DNA of 64,000 nucleotides. Source: Octopus vulgaris. Lineage: Eukaryota. The stretch lies in NCBI GenBank assembly GCA_951406725.2, contig OX597835.1:2356001-2420000 (forward strand), in the 5' to 3' direction. This document shows, piece by piece, positions 62,896-64,000 of this stretch. The translations under genes and the position numbers were made by a program. Positions within the stretch are counted from its first letter, which is position 1, and each line of letters starts with the position of its first letter. Under the pieces are notes generated by a model, which did not search any database, had not been told where the DNA came from, and saw only the letters and a program-made list of their open reading frames with translations.

Positions 62896-63799
62896 ATATG
62901 TTTGTGTATCTGTGTTTGTCCCCCCCCAAAAACATCGCTTGACAACCGATGCTGGTGAGTTTACGTCCCCGTCACTTAGCGGTTCGGAAAAATAGACCGA
63001 TACAATAAGTACTAGGCTTACAAAGAATAAGTCCTGGGGTCGATTTGTTCGACTAAAAGGCTGTGCTCCAGCATGGCCGCCGCAGTCAAATGGCTGAAAC
63101 AAATAAAAGAGAGTAAAAGAGAGTAATGTAGTATGAAAATGTTTCATCGTTCTAAACTGCAACCTGGACACGAACGACGTTACACTGCAACAATGTCAGT
63201 GAGCAGGTCGCGGTTTGGAGCGGCGAAATCTTTAGACACCATATTAGAAGCAAGAAATGCTTGATTGAAGTGAAGCCATTGTGCGTTTCTGAATGGCTAA
63301 TATCAGTCTTAATATCAGTCATCAGTCTTCCACTTTGCAATCGTTTAGGAAAATGATTTGGACAGAAAAGAGTTAAACGAGAAAGTTTAATAACGACAGT
63401 CTTATGATAAACACAGTTTTTATATTTTGCGCCGAATATTATTACCTCAGTATTGCTACAGATACTGGAAGAGCATTTTAATAAACACGATTTGATATCG
63501 TTGTATACGAATTTAGATATAAAATAAATTATATTTCACCTTTTATATGGTATTTGAAACTACATACTAACATTTTGAATAAAAGATTTTTAAACGAGGG
63601 ATTTTAATATCTGGAACCCTTGGTCAATATATATCATTCGGGGTTCAGCCTTATTCCAAGACATGGAAACAATTGCTGGATATATGTGTGTAACATACGG
63701 TTGAGTCTTGCCGAAGAAGATGCATTTTGCTATCTTCGACGACGCCGTTGTTTGGTATTCTCCGAACAAGATCGAATGCTATTTTACTGCCCTTTCCTG

Positions 63800-64000
63800 T
63801 TCTTCTTCACCCCCCAGTCCTCCAAAGAGAAGATGTCCAGGACGCTAATCAAAGCCTCCTTCATCTTCTCAATGTCCACAAAATCATTGTCTCCGAAGTA
63901 CACCTTCAGCTTGGGTAACAACCGAAAGTCACGGGGACAAAGGCCTGGATTGTAGGGAGGGTGAAGGGGAGTAGCCATCTTTATCACGTAGTTGGTTACA
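63800..64000 (-). mobile_element. Mariner transposase fragment (degenerate)
   Basis: HPPYNPGLCPRDF.LLPKLK, a degenerate YSPDLAP.D motif. Confidence 0.7.

Overview
AT-rich, microsatellite- and transposon-dense animal genomic DNA. The SINE families and repeat landscape point to a cephalopod, most likely Octopus; this is an inference from recalled repeat consensus sequences. Two genes were reconstructed by hand with phase-consistent splice sites. WDR11 lies on the - strand (17 coding exons, 25319 down to 5193, 755 codons, continuing past the left edge). A complete PLPP4/PLPP5-type phospholipid phosphatase lies divergently on the + strand (7 coding exons, 37729-50294, 280 aa, one GC-AG intron). 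A third candidate gene, missed by the ORF track, starts near 58-60 kb and encodes a signal peptide plus an acidic pro-segment ending EK(R/S), resembling a secreted prepropeptide. The rest is tRNA-derived SINEs, RTE, CR1 and R4/Dong LINE fragments, mariner, pogo-like and piggyBac-type MITEs, and MULE and Helitron remnants. The most unusual non-coding signals are several type I hammerhead-ribozyme-like motifs in Penelope-like repeats (two sense within WDR11 introns), a ~99% identical 236-bp inverted duplication bracketing the last PLPP exon, and a 39-bp minisatellite preceded by an in-frame splice acceptor. No database searches were possible, so homology calls rest on recalled family motifs.
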